Source: an uncultured Prevotellaceae bacterium
GTDB lineage: Bacteria; Bacteroidota; Bacteroidia; Bacteroidales; Bacteroidaceae
Length of the DNA: 64,000 nt
Direction: 5' to 3'
Assembly: GCA_900318585.1 (NCBI GenBank)
Contig: ONKY01000033.1
Span: forward strand, 1,801 to 65,800
Positions 1 to 7,700 of the stretch are shown in pieces. Each line of letters opens with the position of its first letter. Position 1 is the first letter of the stretch. A program made the position numbers and the translations under genes. Under the pieces are notes generated by a model. That model saw nothing but the letters and a program-made list of their open reading frames with translations, searched no databases and had not been told where the DNA came from.

Positions 1-40
1 CGGTGGACTTGAGTATATCAATGATCTTTGTACGTTTCAT
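1..40 (-). CDS. asnS: Asparagine--tRNA ligase, 5' end only (runs off window)
   Basis: Minus strand reads MKRTKIIDILKST, resembling the Bacteroidales AsnS N-terminus; purB-rluB-asnS order fits. Only 13 codons visible. Confidence 0.6.
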   Translation of the reverse strand, partial: MKRTKIIDILKST

Positions 41-74
41 TTTTCTATATGATTTTGAAGTGAAAGGGCGGAGC

Positions 75-98
75 CCCGGCGGGAAAACCGCCGGGCAC
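75..98 (-). repeat. REP-like hairpin family A, intergenic copy (GTGC-CCGGCGG-TTTTC-CCGCCGG)
   Basis: Perfect 8-bp stem 75-82/88-95 just 3' of rluB; related copies at 1605, 2656, 5989, 6421, 7731, 11153. Confidence 0.85.
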
Positions 99-108
99 TG
101 ACGAGCGA

Positions 109-1554
109 TTACTCGTAAGCACCCATGCGGAGGCGATCGACCTCTTCCTCGGTGAGGTAGCGCCAGTCACCACGGCGGAGGTTTTTCTTCGTGAGTCCGG
201 CGAACTGCACGCGGTCAAGCTTGGTAACGCGGTATCCGAGGGACTCGAAGATGCGGCGTACGATGCGGTTCTTGCCCGAGTGGATCTCGATGCCCACCTG
301 CTTTTTATCGTTGGGGTCGCTATACTGCACGTCGTCGGCATGGATCTCACCGTCCTCCAGTTGTATGCCCTCAGCGATCTGCTGCAGGTCATGGGCCGTA
401 ACGTTCTTATCGAGGTAGACGTGGTAAATCTTCTTCTTGAGATACTTGGGATGAGTGAGTTTCGATGCGAGGTCACCATCGTTTGTCAACAGGAGCACGC
501 CCGTCGTGTTGCGGTCGAGGCGTCCAACGGGATAGATGCGCTCCGGGCAAGCGTTCTTGACAAGATCCATGACCGTCTTGCGCTGCTGCGGGTCGTCGGA
601 AGTGGTGACATAGTCCTTAGGCTTGTTGAGCAGGACATATACCTTTTTCTCCAGCGATACGGTATCCTCGTGGAACTTCACCACGTCGGTGCGCATTACC
701 TTGGTGCCCAATTCAGTGACCACCTCCCCGTTAACGGAGACCACACCAGCAAGAATGAACTCGTCGGCCTCGCGGCGGCTGCATACGCCGGCATTGGCAA
801 GGTACTTGTTCAGACGGATGGGCTCGTTAGGATCATAGTTGACCTCCTTGTACTCAATACGCTTCTTCATGGAATACTTGGCATTGGGATCGTAATCGGC
901 GGTGCGCTGACGCTTGGGGCCGTAGGGTTTCTTGTTGTATGAGCCGACGGGGCTGTATGCGTTGGGCTGACCGTAGGGTCTGCGCTGCTGGCCATAGCCG
1001 CCACGAGGCTGATAGCCGCCCTGCTGCTGGCCGTAGCCGCCACGAGGCTGATGGCCACCCTGCTGGCGGGGCTGATAGCCGCCACGGGGTTGATAGCCAC
1101 TATGCTGCTGGTCGTCGTCGGAGCCTGCACCGTAAGGTTTCTTGGTGTATGGCTTGGCGTAGTTCGAATTGGCATTGTAGCTGGGGCGCTGCTGGCCGTA
1201 GCCGCCACGAGGCTGATAGCCACCCGGCTGGCGAGTCTGGTATCCCCCACCCTGCTGGCCATAAGTGTTACGAGGCCTGTAGGTACGCTGCTGGGGAACA
1301 GCAGACTGCAGCCCGGCACCAAATCCTTCAGGACGGAAGCCGCCCTCGTCATCGTTCTGAGGCTTGTTGTAGGCAGGACGCTCAGCAAAGGGGCGCTGCT
1401 GTCCTGTGTGGATGCGGGGACGCGGGGAGCGCCCGGGCCTGAATTCACGCTGAAAACCGCCTGCAGCACTCTGTGACGCCTGGTAGCCCTCACGGTTGCC
1501 AGTAGTCTGCTCTACAGACATCTCTTCTTTCTTGTTGTCGTTCTCGAAATCCAT
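109..1554 (-). CDS. rluB: 23S rRNA pseudouridine synthase (RluB/RsuA family) with long Q/G/Y/R-rich N-terminal extension
   Basis: S4 domain IRLNKYLANAGVCSRREAD, LNKPKDY, catalytic VGRLDRNTTG, SGKNRIVRR. Confidence 0.9.
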   Translation of the reverse strand: MDFENDNKKEEMSVEQTTGNREGYQASQSAAGGFQREFRPGRSPRPRIHTGQQRPFAERPAYNKPQNDDEGGFRPEGFGAGLQSAVPQQRTYRPRNTYGQQGGGYQTRQPGGYQPRGGYGQQRPSYNANSNYAKPYTKKPYGAGSDDDQQHSGYQPRGGYQPRQQGGHQPRGGYGQQQGGYQPRGGYGQQRRPYGQPNAYSPVGSYNKKPYGPKRQRTADYDPNAKYSMKKRIEYKEVNYDPNEPIRLNKYLANAGVCSRREADEFILAGVVSVNGEVVTELGTKVMRTDVVKFHEDTVSLEKKVYVLLNKPKDYVTTSDDPQQRKTVMDLVKNACPERIYPVGRLDRNTTGVLLLTNDGDLASKLTHPKYLKKKIYHVYLDKNVTAHDLQQIAEGIQLEDGEIHADDVQYSDPNDKKQVGIEIHSGKNRIVRRIFESLGYRVTKLDRVQFAGLTKKNLRRGDWRYLTEEEVDRLRMGAYE

Positions 1555-1604
1555 ATTCTTATAATTTTAATTGTTGAGTCTATATGTTAAGGGGCCGGGG
1601 AATA

Positions 1605-1627
1605 CTGGCGGGCAAACCGCCGGACAC
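1605..1627 (-). repeat. REP-like hairpin family A, intergenic copy
   Basis: Plus strand ctggcgggcaaaccgccggacac, immediately 3' of the purB stop. Confidence 0.85.
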
Positions 1628-1631
1628 ATGC

Positions 1632-3044
1632 CTACATGCCGGTATAGGTGGCCGGCGTGATGGCACGCAGTTCCTCCTTGACGGCATCATTGACGTTGAG
1701 TGTGTCAATGAAGCCGGCTATGCGCTCCGGAGTCATGCGCTCATTGGTGCGCGTGAGCGCTTTGAGCGTCTCGTAGGGGTTGGGGTAGCCCTCTCTGCGG
1801 AGGATAGTCTGTATGCCCTCGGCGACGACCGCCCAGGTATTCTCCAAATCCTCGCGCAGCTTCTCCTCGTTGAGAATGAGCTTGCGCAGTCCCTTGAGAG
1901 TGCTGTGGAAAGCGATGAGGGCGTGGCCCATGGGCACGCCGATGTTGCGCAGAACAGTGCTGTCGGTGAGGTCGCGCTGCAGACGGCTGACAGGCAGTTT
2001 CTGTGCAAGGAAGGCGAGGATGGCATTGGCAATGCCAAGATTGCCCTCGGAGTTCTCGTAGTCGATGGGGTTCACCTTGTGGGGCATGGCACTGGAGCCC
2101 ACCTCTCCTGCCTTGATTTTCTGCTTGAAGTAGTCCATGGAGATATACATCCAGAAATCGCGGTCGAGGTCGATGACGATGGTATGGATACGGCGCATGG
2201 CATCACAGATGGCGGCCAGCCAGTCGTAGTTAGAGATCTGGGTGGTGTACTGCTCGCGCTCCAAGCCGAGCTTCTCGGCAACGAAGCGGTCGCCGAAGTC
2301 GCGCCAGTCGTACTGGGGATAGGCCACGTGGTGTGCGTTGTAGTTGCCGGTGGCACCGCCGAACTTAGCGGTGACGGGGGTATCGCGGAGGGCCCGCAAC
2401 TGCTCCTCGAGACGATAAACATAGACCATCACCTCCTTGCCGAGACGGGTGGGCGATGCGGGCTGGCCGTGGGTCTTGGCGAGCATGGGGATGTTCTTCC
2501 ACTGCTCAGCGTAGTCATGAAGCTGCTCGATGAGCTCTTCGAGGAGGGGGATGTAGACGTCGTGGAGCGCCTCCTTTAAGGAGAGGGGCACGGAGGTGTT
2601 GTTAATATCCTGAGAGGTGAGGCCAAAGTGGATAAACTCCTTGAAAGCAGCGGCTCCGGCGGGCAAACCGCCGGCCACGGACAAGGGAGCCGAGGCGGAC
2701 GGAACAGCGGGCACGGACGAAGCGAGCAAGGCATCGAAGCGCTCCTTGATGAAATATTCGACAGCCTTGACATCATGATTGGTGACGGCCTCAATGTCCT
2801 TCACACGCTGCGCGTCGGCAGGGGTGAAAGTGCGGTAAATGTCACGGAGGGGCTCGAATAGGGAATGGTCGAAATCCTGAAGCTGGGGGAGAGGAAGCTC
2901 GCACAGGGCAATGAAATACTCTATTTCCACACGAACACGGTAACGTATCAGCGCATATTCGGAGAAGTATTCGGCCAACGGCTCGGTCTTTCCTCTGTAA
3001 CGTCCATCAATAGGCGAGATGGCGGTTAATAAGCTTAAATCCAT
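1632..3044 (-). CDS. purB: Adenylosuccinate lyase
   Basis: TAISPIDGRY, TNHDVKAVEY, HFGLTSQD, THGQPA, GSSAMPHKVNPIDYEN signature. Confidence 0.97.
   Translation of the reverse strand: MDLSLLTAISPIDGRYRGKTEPLAEYFSEYALIRYRVRVEIEYFIALCELPLPQLQDFDHSLFEPLRDIYRTFTPADAQRVKDIEAVTNHDVKAVEYFIKERFDALLASSVPAVPSASAPLSVAGGLPAGAAAFKEFIHFGLTSQDINNTSVPLSLKEALHDVYIPLLEELIEQLHDYAEQWKNIPMLAKTHGQPASPTRLGKEVMVYVYRLEEQLRALRDTPVTAKFGGATGNYNAHHVAYPQYDWRDFGDRFVAEKLGLEREQYTTQISNYDWLAAICDAMRRIHTIVIDLDRDFWMYISMDYFKQKIKAGEVGSSAMPHKVNPIDYENSEGNLGIANAILAFLAQKLPVSRLQRDLTDSTVLRNIGVPMGHALIAFHSTLKGLRKLILNEEKLREDLENTWAVVAEGIQTILRREGYPNPYETLKALTRTNERMTPERIAGFIDTLNVNDAVKEELRAITPATYTGM
2656..2678 (-). repeat. REP-like hairpin family A inside purB (codes VAGGLPAG)
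   Basis: GTGG-CCGGCGG-TTTGC-CCGCCGG in frame within a low-complexity insert before KEFIHFGLTSQD. Confidence 0.85.
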
Positions 3045-3218
3045 TTCTTTGTTAATTAAACAGGCGGTATACGAATGGTTACTAAAAAATGGTATATATA
3101 TAGAATTCTAAATATAATATAACAGATATGACGAGTATTTACTTCTTATGAATGATACTTTGTTCCTATACTTAAATCCGCAACCGATGGGGCTGCGGAC
3201 TGAATTGTTTCGTGTTTG

Positions 3219-3293
3219 TGGGCGCTGACGGATTCGAACCGCCGACCCTCTGCTTGTAAGGCAGATGCTCTAAACCAGCTGAGCTAAGCGCCC
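3219..3293 (-). tRNA. tRNA-Val (TAC)
   Basis: Reverse complement GGGCGCTTAGCTCAGCTGG...CTGCC-TTACAA-GCAG...GGTTCGAATCC...GCGCCCA folds as a cloverleaf; anticodon TAC. Confidence 0.97.
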
Positions 3294-3322
3294 TTATGCT
3301 TCCTTTTTCCTGTAAGCGGGTG

Positions 3323-3354
3323 CAAAGGTACGGACTTTTTTTGAAACGACCAAA
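3323..3354 (-). promoter_or_regulatory. Bacteroidota sigma-A promoter for tRNA-Val
   Basis: -7 TACCTTTG (3330-3323) and -33 TTTG (3354-3351). Confidence 0.75.
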
Positions 3355-3446
3355 TTTTTCCGAAACTTTTTTGAGGCGACAGGGTCACTTGTACGTGTTA
3401 GATGTCAAATCAGCTGTTTTTAAGAGGCGGTTTGGGGCGATATGTG

Positions 3447-3790
3447 TTCTACGCGCGCGCATAATATTATAGCTTAATCTGAAAAAACCCCACACTTCCT
3501 ACACTTCCCACACCTAAGCGGGTGTAAGATGTGTAGGAAGTGTGGGATTTTTTCGGGTTTGGCTACATAATACGCGCGCGTATGTGAGAAGGCAAACGGA
3601 CAAATTGTTTGATAATGGCATTGGCAAATCAAGGAAAGAGCAGAAAAAGAAAGAGTTTATGGTTTGGATTTGTCCCAGCGGGTGGGACAAATCCAAACCA
3701 TAGGTTTACGATTCCAAACCACCGATTTACGATTCTAAACCACCGATTTACGATTCTAAACCACTGGTTTACGACGCCAAACCACCGAGC
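3447..3790. repeat. Composite palindromic element, copy 1 (nested inverted-repeat core + conserved 20-mer + hairpin + 21-bp tandem array)
   Basis: 34-bp arms at 3481-3514/3521-3554; aaacggacaaattgtttgat at 3594-3613; 20-bp stem 3658-3702; 21-mers starting 3695, 3716, 3737, 3758, 3779. Same layout at 41785-42223. Confidence 0.85.
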
Positions 3791-3826
3791 TTGGGGGGGG
3801 GAAACGCCAGCGGTCAGTTCAGAGGC

Positions 3827-4252
3827 TTAGAGCTGATAGAGGTCGTTGGCGGCCAGCAGCTCCACCTTCTTCTCGGCGAGCGCCTTCTCACAGGCCTCCA
3901 GGTCGGAGGGACGTATGACGACGTGAGCAACGTTACCGTTGGCGAAGGAGTACATATACTCGATGAAGATGCCGCGCTCAGAGAGATGGCGCAGCACAAC
4001 GGCCAGCGAGCCGCTGACGTTGGGGCAGACGAAACCGATGACGTCGGTGAGCTTCACGGCGAAGTGGGCCTCTTTCAGCACCTGATAGGCGCGGTCGGGG
4101 TCGGACACGATGCAACGGAGGATGCCGAAGTCGGAATTATCGGCAATACTCATGGCAGACAGGTTGATGCCGGCGGCACCCAGTACGTCGGTCACCTCGG
4201 TGAGGCGGCCGGACTTGTTCTCGAGGAAAACGGATAATTGTTTTGCTAGCAT
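3827..4252 (-). CDS. ACT-domain protein (tandem ACT)
   Basis: MLAKQLSVFLENKSGRL...INLSAMSIAD...IEYMYSF; usual partner of paaK. Start placed at ATG 4252. Confidence 0.9.
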   Translation of the reverse strand: MLAKQLSVFLENKSGRLTEVTDVLGAAGINLSAMSIADNSDFGILRCIVSDPDRAYQVLKEAHFAVKLTDVIGFVCPNVSGSLAVVLRHLSERGIFIEYMYSFANGNVAHVVIRPSDLEACEKALAEKKVELLAANDLYQL

Positions 4253-4260
4253 ATTGATCA

Positions 4261-4338
4261 GGTTTTTAGGCTGCGACAGAGTCGCAGCAAACAGGAAATA
4301 TTTACTGGTTTTTAGACTGCGACAGGGCCGCAGCATAC
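4261..4338. repeat. Pair of REP-like hairpins, family B
   Basis: ggtttttaggctgcgacagagtcgcagcaaac (4261-4292) and ggtttttagactgcgacagggccgcagcatac (4307-4338). Confidence 0.75.
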
Positions 4339-4346
4339 GATAATTA

Positions 4347-5645
4347 TTACAATTTACGGTTGTCTATGACGCGGCGGGCCTTGCCCTCGGAGCGCTCAAT
4401 ACCCTTCGGCTCAACGAGACGAATCTTGAAGCCGAGGCCGATGACAGAGCGGAGCTCGCCTTCGAGCTTCTTCTGGAGGCCAACCATGGTGGACATGTCG
4501 TCGGTGAAATACTCCTCCTTGACCTCAACCTTGAGCTCGCTGGTGTCGGTATTGTTGACACGGTCGACGATGAGCAGGAAGTGAGGCTCGAACTCCTTCT
4601 GTTTGAGGATGACATCCTCGATCTGCGAGGGGAATACGTTGACGCCACGGATGATGAGCATATCATCGCAACGGCCGAGGATACGGTCCATACGAACGAG
4701 TGTACGACCGCAGGCGCACTTGTCGTAGTGCAGGGCGGTGAGATCGTGGGTACGATAGCGCAACAGCGGCATACCTTCCTTTGTGAGGTGAGTAAAGGTG
4801 AGCTCGCCAAAGGTGCCCTCGGGAAGGGACTCGCCCGTCTCGGGGTTGAGAATCTCCGGGTAGAAGTAGTCCTCGTTAAGGTGAGTGCCCTTTTGACACT
4901 CGCACTCGTAGCCTACGCCAGGACCGGCAATCTCGGAGAGTCCGTAGATGTCGTATGCCTTGATGCCCAGCGACTCTTCGAGCTTCACACGCATCTTCTC
5001 CGTCCACGGCTCAGCGCCGAAGGCACCAATCTTCAGTTTGAACTCCTCGCGCGGCCAGGGGCACTCGCTGAGGGCTTCGCCGAGGAACATGGCGTAGGAA
5101 GGTGTGCAACAGAGCACGGAGGCGCCGAAATCATGCATCAGCGTTATCTGTTTCTGCGTGTTGCCAGAGGACATGGGGATGACGGAGGCGCCGATGTTCG
5201 TGGCACCGTCGTGGGCGCCGAGGCCGCCGGTAAACAGGCCGTAGCCGTAGGACACCTGGAAGATGTCATCCTTCGTGGCACCATAGGCGGTAAAGGCACG
5301 GGAGATAGACTCCGTCCACATGGCAATGTCCTTGCGCGTATGCAGAACGACGACAGGCTTACCCGTCGTGCCGGAAGAGGCGTGGATACGTACAATCTGC
5401 GACATGGGCACGGCGGCAAGGCCGAAGGGATAGTTGTCGCGGAGGTCTAGTTTGTTTGTGAACGGGAGCTTGACAATGTCGTCAATACTCTTGATGTCGC
5501 CCGGCTCCAAGCCCATCTCCTGGAATTTCTTGCGGTAGAAGGGGGTATTGTGGTAGACATACTCTGCCATCTTGACGAGACGGCGACTTTGGATCTCACG
5601 AAGCTGTTCGCGATCCATGCATTCAATACTTGGGTTCCAAATCAT
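4347..5645 (-). CDS. paaK: Phenylacetate--CoA ligase
   Basis: RIHASSGTTGKP, YGLFTGG, DIYGLSE, RYRTHD, GRCDDMLIIRGVNVFPSQIE. Confidence 0.93.
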   Translation of the reverse strand: MIWNPSIECMDREQLREIQSRRLVKMAEYVYHNTPFYRKKFQEMGLEPGDIKSIDDIVKLPFTNKLDLRDNYPFGLAAVPMSQIVRIHASSGTTGKPVVVLHTRKDIAMWTESISRAFTAYGATKDDIFQVSYGYGLFTGGLGAHDGATNIGASVIPMSSGNTQKQITLMHDFGASVLCCTPSYAMFLGEALSECPWPREEFKLKIGAFGAEPWTEKMRVKLEESLGIKAYDIYGLSEIAGPGVGYECECQKGTHLNEDYFYPEILNPETGESLPEGTFGELTFTHLTKEGMPLLRYRTHDLTALHYDKCACGRTLVRMDRILGRCDDMLIIRGVNVFPSQIEDVILKQKEFEPHFLLIVDRVNNTDTSELKVEVKEEYFTDDMSTMVGLQKKLEGELRSVIGLGFKIRLVEPKGIERSEGKARRVIDNRKL

Positions 5646-5679
5646 AGGTTTTCATCTGTTGGTTTAAGTAAATGCGCCG

Positions 5680-5687
5680 CAAAGGTA
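5680..5687 (-). promoter_or_regulatory. -7 promoter element for paaK-ACT
   Basis: TACCTTTG on minus strand about 35 nt upstream of paaK. Confidence 0.65.
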
Positions 5688-5732
5688 GGCATTTTTTCCG
5701 AAACAGACAAGAAAAACGGGAATTATTTCTGA

Positions 5733-7700
5733 CTATGAGAAAAGACGGTCGATAGATGACTGTGGGAGGATGGAGAGGATGAGATGGCCGTCGGGAGTAT
5801 GGTTAACGTCGGAACAGGCAAAGAGCTGGTTGACCAGCGCCTCCATCTCCTCGTTGGAAAGAACCTGACCGTATGGGATGGCGGCAGAAGTGGCGAGACT
5901 GAGGGCGAGGGTGCGGTGGAGGAGGGACGTAGCGGCAATGCCAACACCTGCGGAGAAGGAGGGAGAAGAGGTGGAAGGGACGGAGATGTCGGCAGGCAAA
6001 CTGCCAGCCACGGACAAAGGGGCGTCGCTATCAACAGCATCAGAGACCATGCGACGGAGAAGGGAGATAGGGTCAAGGCCCTCAATGCCTGCCGGTACAC
6101 CGCCCACGGAGAAGGAACCACCACCGAGGTCGCTGAGATCGAAGCCCATAGCGGTAAGGTCAGGAAGGATACGCTCCATGATGACGGTTTCTGAAGGGGA
6201 GAACTGAAGGATGTCAGGGAAAAGCAGCTTCTGTGTATTGGCGGTATGGGTGCGAAGCTGTTCCAAGTAACGCTCGTAGAGGATGCGGACGTCTGCACGG
6301 TGCTGGTCGATGAGCATGAGGCCGGATTTGACGGCCGTCATGATGTAGCGGCCCTTGTATTGGTAATGGAGGGGAGATTTCTCTTCAGGACAAGGAAGGA
6401 CAGCGGGCGACACGGTAGTTCCGGCGGGAAAACCGCCGGACACGAACGACGAGGAATCGCTAGACGAAGGTGCGGAAGCATCGCCAGACGGTGGCGGGGA
6501 GGCGGGGGTATCGCCGGACACTATGCCCAGACCGTCATAGAGAGCCTGCCAGTCGGCAGGAACGCGGGGCTTGGCGGATGCAGGTGAATCCTGAAGGAAG
6601 GGGTTGTAGGATTCATTATACTGGATGCGAGGAGCCTCGGCAAAAGCGTGTGAAGAGTCGTAGACAGGGATGTCCGGACGTCCTTCAGTATCGAAATCGA
6701 TGGACGGGATCTCGGAGAACCGGCCAATGGCGTCGCGGATGGCGGCTGTGAGGATCTGCCAGATGGCCTGTTCATTCTCGAACTTAATCTCCGTCTTGGT
6801 GGGATGGATATTGACGTCGATGTCTGCAGGGGACACATCGAAATAGACAAGATAAGACACCTGCTCGCCCTCAGGCACCAGGCGTTCATAGGCCGAGAGA
6901 ACGGCCTTGTGGAAATAGGGATGGCGCATGAAACGGCCATTGACGAAGAAAAACTGCCGTGGGTTCTTCTTACGGGCCGACTCAGGCTTGCCGACAAAGC
7001 CGCTGACACGGCAAAGCGCAGTATCAACGGACAAGGGCAGCATTTCTTGGGAGAACGTATGTCCAAAAACGTCGGCTACACGCTGGCGCAGGGAGCCGGG
7101 GCGGAGATTCAGCAGCTCGGCCCCGTTATGATGAAGGGTAAAATGGATATCGGGATATACCAATACGATGCGCTCGAAGGTGAGGAGGATATTGTTAAGT
7201 TCCGTCGAGTTAGATTTCAAGAATTTCCTGCGGGCGGGCACATTGTAGAACAGATTGTCAACGCGGAAGTTACAGCCTACAGGGCAGGAAGCAGGCTCCT
7301 GCGAAACCACACGGGAGGCTGCAAGGCGCAGACGGGTGCCAAACTCGTCGCCAGCAGTGCGGGTGAGCAATTCCACCTGCGAGACAGCGGCAATGGAAGG
7401 AAGGGCCTCGCCACGGAAGCCCATCGTGTGAAGGGCAAAGAGGTCGTCGGCCTGACGGATCTTGGAGGTGGCGTGGCGCTCAAAGGCGAGGCGGGCATCG
7501 GTCTCTGACATGCCCTGGCCATCGTCGATGACCTGAATGGAGGTGCGGCCTGCATCCACAATCAGTACGCCAATGCGGTGGGAACCAGCATCGACAGCAT
7601 TCTCTACCAGTTCCTTGATGACAGACGCGGGACGCTGGATTACTTCGCCTGCGGCTATCTGATTGGCGACGGAATCAGGAAGTAGCTGGATGAGGTCCAT
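5733..7700 (-). CDS. mutL: DNA mismatch repair endonuclease MutL
   Basis: NQIAAGEVIQRPASVIKELVEN, GFRGEAL, DVNIHPTK, IDQHRADVRILYE. Confidence 0.97.
   Translation of the reverse strand: MDLIQLLPDSVANQIAAGEVIQRPASVIKELVENAVDAGSHRIGVLIVDAGRTSIQVIDDGQGMSETDARLAFERHATSKIRQADDLFALHTMGFRGEALPSIAAVSQVELLTRTAGDEFGTRLRLAASRVVSQEPASCPVGCNFRVDNLFYNVPARRKFLKSNSTELNNILLTFERIVLVYPDIHFTLHHNGAELLNLRPGSLRQRVADVFGHTFSQEMLPLSVDTALCRVSGFVGKPESARKKNPRQFFFVNGRFMRHPYFHKAVLSAYERLVPEGEQVSYLVYFDVSPADIDVNIHPTKTEIKFENEQAIWQILTAAIRDAIGRFSEIPSIDFDTEGRPDIPVYDSSHAFAEAPRIQYNESYNPFLQDSPASAKPRVPADWQALYDGLGIVSGDTPASPPPSGDASAPSSSDSSSFVSGGFPAGTTVSPAVLPCPEEKSPLHYQYKGRYIMTAVKSGLMLIDQHRADVRILYERYLEQLRTHTANTQKLLFPDILQFSPSETVIMERILPDLTAMGFDLSDLGGGSFSVGGVPAGIEGLDPISLLRRMVSDAVDSDAPLSVAGSLPADISVPSTSSPSFSAGVGIAATSLLHRTLALSLATSAAIPYGQVLSNEEMEALVNQLFACSDVNHTPDGHLILSILPQSSIDRLFS
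5989..6017 (-). repeat. REP-like hairpin family A inside mutL C-terminal domain (LSVAGSLPAD)
   Basis: Minus strand ttgtccGTGG-CTGGCAG-TTTGC-CTGCCGA; shares its 5' flank with the purB copy. Confidence 0.75.
6421..6450 (-). repeat. REP-like hairpin family A inside mutL linker (FVSGGFPAG)
   Basis: Perfect GTGT-CCGGCGG-TTTTC-CCGCCGG. Confidence 0.85.

Noticed and set aside
1452-1470. gaaaaccgcctgcagcac in rluB as another family A copy
   Set aside because: Matches one arm only; no palindrome.
3695-3790. 21-bp arrays (also 42140-42223) as CRISPR
   Set aside because: Spacers are 6 nt and invariant; no cas genes.
3792-3801. Poly-G run as a phase-variation tract
   Set aside because: Intergenic, 3' of ACT, not in a promoter or ORF.
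3514-3830. Short ORFs (NHRFTI repeats, PTLPTH) here and at 41804-42254
   Set aside because: Translations of repeat DNA with no other coding support.
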